Assembly: GCA_963921275.4 (NCBI GenBank)
Contig: OZ001293.3
Coordinates: 4,096,001-4,160,000 of the forward strand
Reading direction: 5' to 3'
DNA from: an uncultured Hormoscilla sp.
Lineage (GTDB): Bacteria > Cyanobacteriota > Cyanobacteriia > Cyanobacteriales > Desertifilaceae
Length of the DNA: 64,000 nt
A model generated the notes under the pieces. The model was not told the DNA's origin, ran no database searches, and was given only the letters and a program-made list of their open reading frames with translations. Below are positions 53,029 to 64,000 of the stretch, in pieces; positions within the stretch are counted from its first letter, which is position 1, and every line of letters starts with the position of its first letter. The position numbers and the translations under genes are program-made.

Positions 53029-53250
53029 CCTCATCGTTTTCTAGCACTGGGATGCTGACTGCTATGTTTACTATAGTTTCGGCAGTGTCGTCGTTGGCGA
53101 GGGGGGGGTCTGACAAGATTTCCACTTCCACATAGCCGGTGTCGGTAAACTCGTCAGCAGCGTCAGTGATAGTGTAGGCGAAGAAGTCAGAGAAGACTGG
53201 GAACTCGTTCGCATCTTCTGCTGGAGGAGTATATTCCAGCTTATCGTCTG
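53029..53250 (-). pseudogene. Orphan Ig-like/cadherin-like domain fragment
   Basis: Manual translation DDKLEYTPP...DFFAYTITD...VEI..DPPLANDDTAET....VSIPVLENDED. Confidence 0.55.
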
Positions 53251-54393
53251 TCAGGTCATTGGGTGTCCAATAGCAGGTTTTGCTTGTGCCTTTTGTTGCA
53301 GCAGGCGGGAAATGTGGGCTTTTTCTAGGAGTCCCACTAGCACGCCATTATCACGAACTACGGGTAGCTGAGATAGCTGTAACTGTTCTAGTAGTTGTAC
53401 CACTTCTAGCAGGGATTGATCGGCTCGAACTGTTGTGGATACTGCGAGCGCTTGGGTCAGTTGCTTGACCTGAGTTTGGGGCCAGTTAGATGTGGGGATA
53501 GTTTTCATGTCCTCTACCTTGATGTTGCCGATCAGTTGTCCCCACTCATTGATGACCAGGAATTTGCGCCACTTCTCATTGCCAATTACGAAGTCGTTCG
53601 CAAATTCTCTCAGGGACAAGTTAGCTGCCACAATTGGGCTATTGGGAGTTACCGCATCTTCGGCTTTTAGTCCTGCTAGTGTATCCGCGATCGCGGCTGA
53701 CTGGGCCGATCGCCCGGCGTTTTGCAGCAGGAACCAACCGATTAACATAGTCCAGAAGCTACCGTAGTTGCTAATGCCTAGGAATGATAAAGAACCAATG
53801 ATGATGCCAACCCAACCCAGGAATTGACCGACGCGGCTAGCAAAAACGACTCCTTTGTAAGGATTGCCCGTGATTTTCCAGACTAGGGCCTTGAGGATAT
53901 TACCGCCATCCAGGGGTAAGCCGGGAATCAGGTTAAACAGCGCTAGCACTAGGTTGATATAGGCTAGCAGTCCGAAAATCGCTGCTACTGGCCCGGTGAA
54001 TGGGGCTGTCAGGTTGATGAAGGTCAGCAGACCAAACAGGATTATGCTGACCCCAGGACCCGCGATCGCTACCCAGAAGGCTTCCCCTGGGGTTTTGGAC
54101 TCTCTTTCTAAGCTGGCTAAACCGCCGAACAGAAACAGAGTGATCGATCTGACTTCTATTCCCTGGCTGATGGCGACAAAGCTGTGTCCCAATTCGTGGG
54201 CTAACACCGAGGCGAACAGCAACAGTGCTGCAACCAATCCCCACAGCCAGGGTAATGGCCAATCTATTGCTGGAAATTGAGCCGCCAGTGCGCCGCCATA
54301 GTTCAAGGTCACTAAGCCCAAGACTAAAAACCATGATGGATTCACATAGAAGGGAATCCCAAATATATCGGCTACAAGAATGTTGCCGTTCAT
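53251..54393 (-). CDS. Site-2 protease (M50) with CBS domains
   Basis: HELGH, FNLIPGLPLDGG, C-terminal CBS pair. Confidence 0.92.
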   Translation of the reverse strand: MNGNILVADIFGIPFYVNPSWFLVLGLVTLNYGGALAAQFPAIDWPLPWLWGLVAALLLFASVLAHELGHSFVAISQGIEVRSITLFLFGGLASLERESKTPGEAFWVAIAGPGVSIILFGLLTFINLTAPFTGPVAAIFGLLAYINLVLALFNLIPGLPLDGGNILKALVWKITGNPYKGVVFASRVGQFLGWVGIIIGSLSFLGISNYGSFWTMLIGWFLLQNAGRSAQSAAIADTLAGLKAEDAVTPNSPIVAANLSLREFANDFVIGNEKWRKFLVINEWGQLIGNIKVEDMKTIPTSNWPQTQVKQLTQALAVSTTVRADQSLLEVVQLLEQLQLSQLPVVRDNGVLVGLLEKAHISRLLQQKAQAKPAIGHPMT

Positions 54394-54644
54394 TTTCTCT
54401 ACCTCTGTTCTCAGCTGCGAGGGGCTTGTCCCTCTCGTGATGTTTTTATTGTAACGAAATGTCAAACCAGCTTTCATCTCTGGGTGGTGGTATTATCCGT
54501 CCTCTGGAGTTCGGTTTCAAAAATCCCGATATCGCCCGCTTATGTGACGTCAGTTCGGGCACAATCTAGTTGACAATCCTGTTGCCTTTCCCGCTATAAT
54601 TACCTTGGGAGCTAATGCACTCTTATCATATCACAGGTCTAATT

Positions 54645-55136
54645 ATGTCAGTATCCCCAACACCCCCATCTTATCGCCAAGAAGATCTCCAGCAAATTTT
54701 GCAGTTGGCGATCGCCCGTCAAGCTCACAATGATGATTTTTCTCGGGAACAGCTTTGGGAAATCGCTGCCGAGTTAGGTATTTCCGAGGAAAATCTCCAA
54801 TTAGCCGAACAGGAATGGTTATCTCGCAGAAGTGAACTGCAACAACGGCAGGAGTTTAATCTCTACCGCCGCCGCATGTTTCAGAAAAAGTTTGGCACCT
54901 ATCTGATCGTCAATACTTTTTTGCTGCTGCTCAATTTCCTCACTTCTGGCACTATTTCCTGGTCTCTATATATTTTATTAGTCTGGGGACTAGGGCTTGG
55001 CCTTAATGTCTGGAATCTGTATCAAGAGACGTCCGAAGAGTACGAACAGGCTTTCCTCAAGTGGAGTAACAAGAATCAACTCAAACGCTCGATTAACAAT
55101 GTTTTGGATAAGGTAAATAAGTTTTTGCAGAGTTAG
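54645..55136 (+). CDS. 2TM-domain protein
   Basis: YRQEDLQQILQLAI, EIAAELGIS, two TMs. Confidence 0.8.
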   Translation: MSVSPTPPSYRQEDLQQILQLAIARQAHNDDFSREQLWEIAAELGISEENLQLAEQEWLSRRSELQQRQEFNLYRRRMFQKKFGTYLIVNTFLLLLNFLTSGTISWSLYILLVWGLGLGLNVWNLYQETSEEYEQAFLKWSNKNQLKRSINNVLDKVNKFLQS

Positions 55137-55413
55137 ATGAGCAGCATTTTTAGGGCTATTTCATTCTATCAAAACGCGCCGCACCCTCGTTCCCACGGCT
55201 CGGGGCCCTCGGAAAGTAAATCTTTAATGACGTGCAGCGGGTTCTGTGGTAATCCCGGTCTCGCTAGGTTTATGACTGGTCGCAACCGGTGGGAGATGGC
55301 TAGGGTCGGCTGCTGGACGATCGGGGGTTGTCTGATTTTTCGGGCCGTCCGCAGACCGTAGATGGTGGATTTGAGCTAAACTAAGCTATAGGTACTATGA
55401 ATCTAGGGGAACT

Positions 55414-57198
55414 ATGGACGCGCTGATTGGCAAAACATTGCAGGGAGGCAAATATACTCTCGATCGACAACTGGGGCAAGGTGGTTTTGGGGTCACCTTC
55501 AAAGCTACTCATCACTACCTGAATCGGGTGGTGGTAATTAAAACTCTGAATGAGTCTGTGCGCCAGCATCCCAAATTTGTTGACTACCAGCGCAAGTTTC
55601 AGGATGAGGCCAGACGTTTAGCTTTATTTGTCCATCCCTATATTGTCCGCGTCAGTGACTTTTTCTCTGAAGATGCCATTCCCTACATGGTGATGGATTA
55701 CATTCAGGGTCAAACTTTGGGAAATCTGGTGTTTCCTAACCATCCTCTACCGGAAGCGACGGCTATTCAATACATCCAGCAGATTGGTTCGGCCTTGCAG
55801 GTAGTTCATGAAAATGGCTTGCTGCATCGGGATGTGAAGCCGGATAATATTATGCTGCGCCAGGGGACTGATGATGTGGTGCTGATTGATTTCGGTATTG
55901 CCCGAGAGTATCAAGCTAATTTTACCCAGACTCATACTAGCTTCGTTTCTGATGGTTATGCCCCGATCGAACAGTATATGCCCCAGGCTAAACGCACTCC
56001 CGCTATCGATGTTTATGCTTTGGCGGCTACTCTCTATGCTTTGTTGACGGCAAAATCACCGGTATCGGCTGCTTTGCGCGATCGCCAACCCCTTCAGTCC
56101 CCCAAGGAGTTGCAACCCCAGCTGAGTGAGGCTGTTTCTCAGGCGGTGATGCAGGGAATGGCGGTCGAAGCGGGCGATCGACCCGCTACTATTGATGCAT
56201 GGCTGCAATTGTTGGCCGATGCATCAACAGGGGCGACGAGAATCCAAATGCCAACACCCCAAGAACCAGCTGGCCCAGGAGAGTTAAATGCCACGCAAAG
56301 CGCTACAACTGTCCGAGTTGCCAACCACCAATCTGGACCGCAGACAGTCCCCCATGCTAAACCCTCAAGTTCCTCTCGCAAAGGGCCTGGCCTGCTGCCG
56401 ATCTCTGGTATGGTGGCGATCGGCCTCTTCCTGGTCATGGTTGCGGTTAATTTGTTCAAGCCCCAAGATCCTAAACCCATTGTCCGATCGCCAAGACCCG
56501 CACCATCTAATCGGACGCCCGTCACACCTGCACCAGATACTCCTCCGGTAGCAGAGGAACCGACAGAGGAACCGACAGAGGAACCGACAGAAGAACCGAC
56601 AGAGGAACCCGAATCTTCTGCTTCCCTCGTAGCAGAAGCACCTCCGACATCAGAACCCGATCGCCCGAAAAGACCGCCCGTCGCCCAGGTTCCCCCAGAA
56701 CCAGTCCAGTTACCGGAAACTCCCTCACGACCTGTACCTCCGGCCAAGAAACCAGAACAGCCAGAAATTCCACCAACTGCTAAGAATACAATCAATGTTC
56801 CACGAGGCTATTCCATTGGTATAGATGAAAGTGAGATTCTAGAGGATCTGGGTCAGCCAACTCAAATCTCTGCTGGTTATGGTAATAGCCGCGCCTTAAT
56901 TTATCAGGTAGTGCCCAGTAACATTATTTTACGCTACTATGTAGACCTCAATTCTCAACAAGTGTGTCGAGCTGAGGTATTCTTTCCCCAATCTGTAGAC
57001 CGACTAATGATGCGCACGACTGTCAATGGCATGCTGCTTGGCAGTGGCGCACTTAGCAAGATTCCCAGGGAACTCAAAAAAGTGCGTCAGGGTAAGTCCG
57101 ATTTCTACGAGTTTACACACAAAAACTTAAAAGGCGTCATCCAGAGAATAGATGGCGATCGCATTTACTTCGCTGTCTGGGATGCTAAATTCAAGTAA
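55414..57198 (+). CDS. Membrane Ser/Thr protein kinase (Pkn2-type) with Pro-rich linker
   Basis: [30 protein letters not shown] repeats. Confidence 0.93.
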   Translation: MDALIGKTLQGGKYTLDRQLGQGGFGVTFKATHHYLNRVVVIKTLNESVRQHPKFVDYQRKFQDEARRLALFVHPYIVRVSDFFSEDAIPYMVMDYIQGQTLGNLVFPNHPLPEATAIQYIQQIGSALQVVHENGLLHRDVKPDNIMLRQGTDDVVLIDFGIAREYQANFTQTHTSFVSDGYAPIEQYMPQAKRTPAIDVYALAATLYALLTAKSPVSAALRDRQPLQSPKELQPQLSEAVSQAVMQGMAVEAGDRPATIDAWLQLLADASTGATRIQMPTPQEPAGPGELNATQSATTVRVANHQSGPQTVPHAKPSSSSRKGPGLLPISGMVAIGLFLVMVAVNLFKPQDPKPIVRSPRPAPSNRTPVTPAPDTPPVAEEPTEEPTEEPTEEPTEEPESSASLVAEAPPTSEPDRPKRPPVAQVPPEPVQLPETPSRPVPPAKKPEQPEIPPTAKNTINVPRGYSIGIDESEILEDLGQPTQISAGYGNSRALIYQVVPSNIILRYYVDLNSQQVCRAEVFFPQSVDRLMMRTTVNGMLLGSGALSKIPRELKKVRQGKSDFYEFTHKNLKGVIQRIDGDRIYFAVWDAKFK

Positions 57199-58059
57199 AT
57201 TGTTCGAGTAAATTGTTCGTAGTAAGGACTTTAGTCCTTGCGATCGGAAGACACTAAGAGACTTCCAAACACCTCATACCTGACAACCCACCTCTGCGCT
57301 AGCGACAACGAACCCATGGAGACAACCAGGAGTCCCGAGAAGCATCCAGCGGAGACACAGGGAACCGTAGTGTGATACATCGGTACATTTTTGCCTTCCT
57401 CAACCTGTCTGACTGGTAACCCTGCTTGCACCATGGCCGCCTCGAAGGTAAACGAGCAGCCGATTAACTGGAAAAGCGCGTGCTATTCGCTGAGACTTGA
57501 CCACTGCGTTGAGCGTCGTAACCAGTTCACCGCCTGCGCTCGCGCCCCTTAACAATAGAGATATTTTATCCAGGAATAACTGAATCATTCCACCAAGTAC
57601 GAGAGTCATTCGGTGGTGTCACAACTTTTTGCTTTGACGTGAGACAAGATTACCGAAAGGCAGTTGAGTAACTCCAAAGCCAGAGTAAGCACATCCAAGG
57701 CTGGAGTAAGATCGGGGGGTGGTCTTGCGCCCATTGGTAAGACGATCCCTTCCAGTCCCCCGGAGACAAGTTGCTGAATAGCGCCGGTTGAAAAGGCTGG
57801 GGAGAAAGCGCCAGCAAATATGATGTATGGCAATATGCTGCTGTAAGTTTGGTCGAGATCGCGAATGCGCTGCGCGCACGCTACGCGAACGGGATACAAG
57901 AATGGGGCATAACCGGCGATCGACATGGGAACTACACGGACATCGTTATTGAACAGAGACACCCAACCCCGACAGTATAGTGGCAAAAAATTTATTTATG
58001 ATAATTTCCGGAAAATATGTTTTAATGATTGTAGTCCAAGCAAGAAAGCTACTATAATA

Positions 58060-59071
58060 ACTCAAGTTGCGACCTATAAAAATTGGATACAAAAAGCTAT
58101 GATAAAGAGAATTATTTTTAACTCTAATCCCTTAGATGTAACAGCATGAATTGACTTGGGAAACAAATTGGTGATTCGACTAAAACAGGTTTCAACTTGT
58201 TTTCTTGTTACTTTTTGTATATATTCAAAACAAGAATATTCTTTTCTTTTTGAGTTCTTTTTTCGCAAAGGTTTTAACATTATACTTGACGACTCTTTTA
58301 GTAAATCCTCTAATTGATAATCATTATAAGCTTTATCTCCATAAACTATTGAATTTGATGGTAAGTCAAAGCCAAAAGATTGCAAAACTTTAACATCATT
58401 ATAACTACCAGGATCTAGATAAAATTCTATTGGCTTTCCATTTTTGTTTACCAACATATGAACTCTTAATCCATAAAAATAACGTTTTTTACTGGCAATA
58501 TACCCTCGATATTCTTCCTTGTTATAAATTTGGCATCTATCAATCCTAATATTATCACATACTGGCACCGGGAAACTATCAAGAATATATTCTTGACCCG
58601 GATTGAGCTCTTTAAATGTTTGAGCTATAACTTGGAAGAAAAACATCCAAATTGGTTCCTCAATATTGTGTAATCGACGATTGAACCTACTTTTACTTAA
58701 CAGATTTTTTATATACTTGTGTTGAACCATAAATTGACAAGAGCGATCGTGGTGTCCTCCGAAAAAATATGCAGCAACTAATCCGACTGTCATCACTTCG
58801 GCATTGTTCATTTTTACTTGTGGATCTTCTTTTATATTTAACGCTTTTAGTGGCTCGTCACAAAGAACAAAAATTGTTGTAATCATATCTTCCATCATCT
58901 ACATCCCCCAGCAATTAACTATTATTTTAGTACATTATAACCTATAAACAGCCAACCCGCCGTCTAGCACAAAAAAAATATAATTTTGTATCAAAAGCTA
59001 CGAAATATCCCAAATATCTGTAAAGTCTAAGTGGGTAATTCATATTTTTTTTAATAGGTCGCAACTTAGGT
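58060..59071 (-). mobile_element. IS982 family element, copy 3 (transposase 58074-58898)
   Basis: Same TIRs; 7-bp TSD TATAATA; D/D/E residues intact. Confidence 0.9.
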
Positions 59072-59156
59072 TATAATAGCTAAAAGCTGACTTCCCTCAA
59101 GGTCGCCAGTGACCAGCCCCTAAAAAAGTTCATCATTCCTTACATCAGGAGAAATT

Positions 59157-61283
59157 ATGGCCATATTTAACGTAGACACACCAGCAAAACTATCTGATGC
59201 CATTACCAGTTCTAGTAATAACGGTGCTAGCGATGTCATTAACATCACGTCAGATATTACCCTGACTGGGTTGCTGCCCCTTATTGACGAAGACATGGGG
59301 CTGACGATAAATGGGAATGACAACACTATTAATGGTAATAACAAATTCCGGCTGTTCTTTGTCTTAGACGGTACAGTCAATTTCAACGAGCTGAATTTTA
59401 TGAACGGCGTGGCCCGGGGAGGCAATGGTAGCGGCGGGGCCGCAGGCATGGGCGGTGGCCTGTTTATCCATGACGGGACCGTCACCGTGACTGATAGCAC
59501 TTTCCAGAATAATAGCGCCATTGGTGGTAATGGCTATAGGGGCTTTGACATCAGCATCAGTGTGGGTGGTAATGCTAATTTCATCACTCCTATGCCTGAG
59601 AATAATGGCACGGACGGCATACCCGGCATACCCAGCAGCCCCGACGGCGGCGACGGCGGCGACGGCGGCTTCGGCGGCGACGGCGGCGACGGCGGCTTCG
59701 GCGGCAACGGCGGCAACGGCGGCAACGGCGGCATCGGCGGCAACGGCGGCCGAGGCGGCAACGGCGGCCGAGGCGGCTACGGCTACGGCAACGGCAACGG
59801 CGGCAACGGCGGCAACGGCGGCAACGGCGGCAACGGCGGCAACGGCGGCATCGGCTACGACAATTCCGGCAATGGCGGCTTCGGCGGCGGCGGCGGCGGC
59901 GGCATCACTGGCAAAGGCGGCTTGAGCGGCTTCGGCGGCGGCGGCGGCGGCTTCGGCGGCGGCGACGCAGACAATTCCGGCAACGGCGGCAGCGGCGCAG
60001 GCATGGGCGGAGCCATATTCGTCCGCACCGGCGATCTCATGATTTCGGACAGCAGCTTCAACAGCAATGATGCTCAACATGGCACTGGCTCCGGCTTCGG
60101 CCGAGGCCTGGGGGGCGCCATTTTCGCCCTGCACATCACCGCTAATACCAACGGGAACGACCAGGGCATGCCCGACGCCCTGCCGAGCGTGGTCCTCGCA
60201 GATGTAACCTTCTCGGACAATACCGCCACTAATGGTATGGACCCCACTCCAGCGGACATCACACTGGGCACCATGGTAAACAGTGGAGACCTGTTCGGCA
60301 ACCAATTCCGCCGCGACTCCTCTCCTACCGACATCGAACTCAGCAACAGCAGCATCAATGAAAACTTCGCAGCTAATAGCGTTGTGGGGACTTTCTCTAC
60401 TACCGACCCCGATAATGGAGATACCTTTACCTACCAGTTAGTCACAGGCGACGGTGCCGAAGACAACGCCGCCTTCACTATAGTAGGGGACCAACTGGAA
60501 ATCAACAGTTCCCCTGACTTTGAGGCTCAGTCGAGTTACAGGATATTCGTTCAGACTACCGACTCGACTGGGAACAGTTACTCGGAGGCTTTGATTATTA
60601 ATGTGAACAATGTTGCCGAGTCTCCTACTGATATAGTTCTTAGTAATGGCAGCATCAATTCTAATTACCGTGCGGGTGCGATCGTGGGGACTTTCTTTAC
60701 TAGCGATCCGGACGGGGGAAATACTTTTACCTACCGGTTAATCTCGGGTTTTGGTGACGATGATAACGCTGCTTTCACTATAGTAGGAGACCAACTGCTA
60801 ATTAATAGTTCTCCGGCTTTGGAGATGAGGTCGAGTTACAGCGTCCGCGTTCAGACTATTGACGTTACTGGGGCCAGTTACTCGGAGGCTTTGATTATTA
60901 ATGTGAACGATGTTGCCGAATCTCCTACTGACCTTAACTTCAGCAATACTCGTCAATCCCTAACTCTCAACCCCCAACGCCTAACTTTATCACTCTTTGA
61001 GAAGGAGGAGGACACTCTGATCGGCGGGGAGGGAAGCGATCGCGTCTACGGAAACCATGGAAGCGATCTTCTCTACGAAGGATCAGAGGCCAATATTTTT
61101 GTTCTGGAGTCGGACATGATGGGTACTATCATAGACTTTGAAGATGGCACGGACTTTATCAGGCTAGCAGGAGGTTCTCAGGGCCTCGATACCTGGATTA
61201 ATTTTGAATCGAAAACCATGGCCACCCTGCAGGGGATTGATGAGACCCTGATTAATGTCGATGATTTCACTGTGGTTAATTGA
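59157..61283 (+). CDS. Gly-rich, cadherin-repeat surface protein with RTX-like C-terminus
   Basis: Paralog of 15496-19073; two cadherin repeats; DTLIGGEGSDRVYGNHGSDLL, IIDFEDGTDFI tail. Confidence 0.8.
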   Translation: MAIFNVDTPAKLSDAITSSSNNGASDVINITSDITLTGLLPLIDEDMGLTINGNDNTINGNNKFRLFFVLDGTVNFNELNFMNGVARGGNGSGGAAGMGGGLFIHDGTVTVTDSTFQNNSAIGGNGYRGFDISISVGGNANFITPMPENNGTDGIPGIPSSPDGGDGGDGGFGGDGGDGGFGGNGGNGGNGGIGGNGGRGGNGGRGGYGYGNGNGGNGGNGGNGGNGGNGGIGYDNSGNGGFGGGGGGGITGKGGLSGFGGGGGGFGGGDADNSGNGGSGAGMGGAIFVRTGDLMISDSSFNSNDAQHGTGSGFGRGLGGAIFALHITANTNGNDQGMPDALPSVVLADVTFSDNTATNGMDPTPADITLGTMVNSGDLFGNQFRRDSSPTDIELSNSSINENFAANSVVGTFSTTDPDNGDTFTYQLVTGDGAEDNAAFTIVGDQLEINSSPDFEAQSSYRIFVQTTDSTGNSYSEALIINVNNVAESPTDIVLSNGSINSNYRAGAIVGTFFTSDPDGGNTFTYRLISGFGDDDNAAFTIVGDQLLINSSPALEMRSSYSVRVQTIDVTGASYSEALIINVNDVAESPTDLNFSNTRQSLTLNPQRLTLSLFEKEEDTLIGGEGSDRVYGNHGSDLLYEGSEANIFVLESDMMGTIIDFEDGTDFIRLAGGSQGLDTWINFESKTMATLQGIDETLINVDDFTVVN

Positions 61284-61359
61284 AGTTGGCTCAATAGCTG
61301 TTTTGGGGAACTATGGAAGCAGAGTCTTCCTTTAGCTATTAGCCGGGGGTTTGAACCCT

Positions 61360-61579
61360 CGGTGTATCGTGGGTAGTGCGAGTACGATGTCCCCGGGGTA
61401 GTGCTCAGACGATGTCTTCTGGGTAGTGCGATTAGCGCGAGGTGTCTCCTGGGTAGTGCTCAGACGATGTCCCCGGGGTAGTGCGATTAGCGCTCCCCGG
61501 GGACATCGAGCCACCAGGAGACACCTCGCCCCAGAAGACATCGAGTTCCCCGGGGACATCGAGCGACCACGAGACAGGG
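61360..61579. repeat. Five mini-hairpin elements nested inside one another
   Basis: Left arms A-B-C-D-E, one loop, right arms E'-D'-C'-B'-A'. Confidence 0.8.
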
Positions 61580-61613
61580 AAGGCGGTCTGACAGCGAAGT
61601 AGAGTGGGCATGG

Positions 61614-64000
61614 TTATTTCACCTTTCTCCCTATGAGCCAATAGGTGTTCATTTTACCCTTGCCCTTAACATCGATCGCCCCCCGTTCCTTAAATAAGAA
61701 TTGGGACTTTAAGCGATCGTAAGTAGCAGCAGTTACTTGAATGCCGCCTACAGAACCGTGAGATTCCATGCGACTAGCAACATTAACAGCATCGCCCCAC
61801 AAATCGTAGGCAAACTTTTTCAGCCCAATCACGCCAGCTACAACTGGTCCTGTATTGATGCCAATGCGGAGGTGAAAAGGTTTGCCATCATCCCGCTTAA
61901 ACTGAGTGATTTTCCGTTGCATGTCTAATGCCATCTCGGCGATCGCCTGTGGGTGGTCTGGCCTGGGGGTAGGGAGACCGCCTGCGACCATATAGGCATC
62001 TCCAATAGTCTTAATTTTCTCCAAACCATGGGCGAGAGCCAGTTGGTCGAAGGCAGAGAAGATTTCATTCAGTTGGCATACCAGTCTTGTGGGAGAGATA
62101 TCGGCAGAAAGACCAGTAAAGTCAACAATGTCCGCAAACATAATGCTTACGTCATCAAAGCGCTCCGCAATAGCATGTTGGTCTTGTTTTAATCGTTGCG
62201 CGATCGGATGGGGTAAAATATTCAGTAACAAGCCCTCGGACTTTTCCTGTTCTGCCAGCAAAGTCTCTTCTGCGCCCTTGCGCTCAGTGATATCTTCAAC
62301 AATGCCTTCATAGTAAAGCAGTTTTCCTTGCTCGTCGCGAACAGTACGAGCATTCTCAGAAGTCCAGATAATGTTGCCATTTTGGCGATAGACCTGAGAT
62401 TCAAAATGCGACACCGCATCATCCAGTTCCAAAGCCGCAATAAATTCCATCCTACGGTTTGGGTCTACATATAGTTCCGCTGCGACATTAGTCAGGTGAC
62501 TCATCAGTTCCTCTGGCGAGGAATAGCCAAACATCCGTGCTAGGGCCGGATTGACACTCAGGTAGCGCCCGTCCGGTGTAGACTGATAAATGCCTTCCGC
62601 CGCATTCTCAAAAATACTGCGGTACTTCTCCTCCGCTTCCTGCATGGCATCAATCATCCGCTTGCGCTCTGTAATATTACGAGCTACCCAAATCACGCAA
62701 TTGTCCGGCATCGGTGAAACGCTGGCCGAAAACCACACTTCCTGGGAATTGGAGCTTGTCGATTTTGCAATTGGCGATTGCGCTCCGCTCCCGCAAGGGA
62801 TACGGGAATATTTCCCTTGACTGTTTTCAAAGGGTAAGCAGTATTCTAAATTTACCGTTTGCCCTGTATTCAAGACATGCTGGATATTGCGAACAAAGAA
62901 GTCAGCTTGTTCGGCAGGCAAAACCTCATAGACAGTCTTACCTAAACGTTCGGCCTTGGGACTATACAAAACCTCAGAATTCGTCGAGACAATTTTGATA
63001 TAGCGTCCGCTAGCATCAAAGACGGTAATAATGTCAGTCATAGCGGCAAACAGAGCCCGCAGTTCCGCTTCCGAGACTCGCAGGGCCGCTTCCATTCGCT
63101 GGCGCTCGGCAATTTCAATCCGCAACTGATGGTTTGACTCTCTCAGGGCTGCTGTCCGCTCGGAAACTCTGATTTCTAGCTCTTCATTCGCTCTTTGCAA
63201 AGCTAACTCTGCCTGCTTGCGTTCTGTGATGTCTTCAACAGTTCCTTCATAGTAAAGCAAATTGCCATTTTCATCGAGCACCGCACAGGCATTTTCCGAG
63301 ATCCAAGTGATCCGACCGTCCCGGTGCTTGATTTGCGACTCAAAGCTCATCACCCCATCACCCGACTGTAGCAATTGGATGAATTCCGAGCGACGATCAG
63401 GGTCAAGGTAAAGTTGATCTTGGATGCTAGTGATATTTGCTATCAGTTGTTCGGGGGACTCATAGCCATAGATCCGAGCCAAAGCTGGGTTAGCACTCAG
63501 ATAATGACCATCAGGCGTAGTTTGGAAGATCCCTTCAACTGTATTTTCAAACAGATGGCGATATCTCGCTTCTGCCTGCCGCAGATCCGACTCGACCCGC
63601 TTGCGATCGGTGATATCAATGCCGATGGTGAAAACTGCCCGATCGCCATCGTATTTCTGGGCGACAATCAAATAATTGCGCTCGGAGCCCTTGATAACAG
63701 CAGATATCTCTCGGAAAGCATCCTGTTGAGGACGACTAGCGAAAAAGGAGCGGACAAACTCCTTAAACTCATTGCTAGTGCCTAAAAAACCAATATCTTT
63801 ACCAACAAAAGCTTCTGGGGGCAAGTCGAACATGTTAGCTAAATGGCGATTTACCTCTAGATAGCGTAAATCTGAACTAATCCACGAAACAATTCCCGGC
63901 ACTGCTGCCAAAACAGCTTCTAACTGCTCTTTGGTAGCCCGCAGCTCCTCTTCTGCCCGCTTGCGCTCAGTGATATCAATGCCAACGGTAAAAGCTGCCC
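61614..64000 (-). CDS. Multi-PAS class III adenylate/guanylate cyclase (5' end runs off the window)
   Basis: Several PAS/PAC repeats; FADIVDFT, KIKTIGDAYM, RIGINTG, YDLWGDAVNVASRMES; frame open to the window edge. Confidence 0.93.
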   Translation of the reverse strand, partial: AAFTVGIDITERKRAEEELRATKEQLEAVLAAVPGIVSWISSDLRYLEVNRHLANMFDLPPEAFVGKDIGFLGTSNEFKEFVRSFFASRPQQDAFREISAVIKGSERNYLIVAQKYDGDRAVFTIGIDITDRKRVESDLRQAEARYRHLFENTVEGIFQTTPDGHYLSANPALARIYGYESPEQLIANITSIQDQLYLDPDRRSEFIQLLQSGDGVMSFESQIKHRDGRITWISENACAVLDENGNLLYYEGTVEDITERKQAELALQRANEELEIRVSERTAALRESNHQLRIEIAERQRMEAALRVSEAELRALFAAMTDIITVFDASGRYIKIVSTNSEVLYSPKAERLGKTVYEVLPAEQADFFVRNIQHVLNTGQTVNLEYCLPFENSQGKYSRIPCGSGAQSPIAKSTSSNSQEVWFSASVSPMPDNCVIWVARNITERKRMIDAMQEAEEKYRSIFENAAEGIYQSTPDGRYLSVNPALARMFGYSSPEELMSHLTNVAAELYVDPNRRMEFIAALELDDAVSHFESQVYRQNGNIIWTSENARTVRDEQGKLLYYEGIVEDITERKGAEETLLAEQEKSEGLLLNILPHPIAQRLKQDQHAIAERFDDVSIMFADIVDFTGLSADISPTRLVCQLNEIFSAFDQLALAHGLEKIKTIGDAYMVAGGLPTPRPDHPQAIAEMALDMQRKITQFKRDDGKPFHLRIGINTGPVVAGVIGLKKFAYDLWGDAVNVASRMESHGSVGGIQVTAATYDRLKSQFLFKERGAIDVKGKGKMNTYWLIGRKVK

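Noticed and set aside
57240..57545. Possible structured ncRNA downstream of the kinase
   Set aside because: No recognisable motif and no second copy to support it
1..64000. tRNA or rRNA genes
   Set aside because: None recognised by eye; a tRNAscan/Rfam run would be needed to exclude them

Overview
Cyanobacterial chromosome segment. The many HIP1 GCGATCGC octamers, psbV, rbp and the bioB-bioY-lspA-PBP synteny point to a filamentous Oscillatoriales-type genome; the heavy pseudogenisation would fit a host-associated lineage, but that is inference. Housekeeping genes (mfd, alpha-carbonic anhydrase, bioB, bioY, lspA, PBP1A, rbp, accD, pilD, psbV, S2P protease, Ser/Thr kinase, PAS adenylate cyclase) are mixed with a dense load of mobile DNA: two identical RT/HNH group II introns, three ORF-less or deleted group II introns, three IS982 copies, IS5, IS1634, IS4-like and IS110 remnants, several MITEs and REP-like arrays. 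Highlights: (1) a four-gene bacterial ubiquitin-like conjugation operon, E1-Ubl-E2-JAB (40948-43483), with a very eukaryote-like E2, hidden in the ORF track by a frameshift and a nonsense codon; (2) IS110 left-end remnants whose non-coding region reads as a bridge RNA, with a target guide matching the REP-like sequence found at two insertion junctions; (3) a family of tiny CG-bounded hairpin insertions (net 39/42/63 nt) with covarying stems that insert in-frame into genes and nest five deep; (4) an ORF-less group II intron in the last codons of a rhomboid gene; (5) an unexplained degenerate ~127-bp array upstream of a lost gene.
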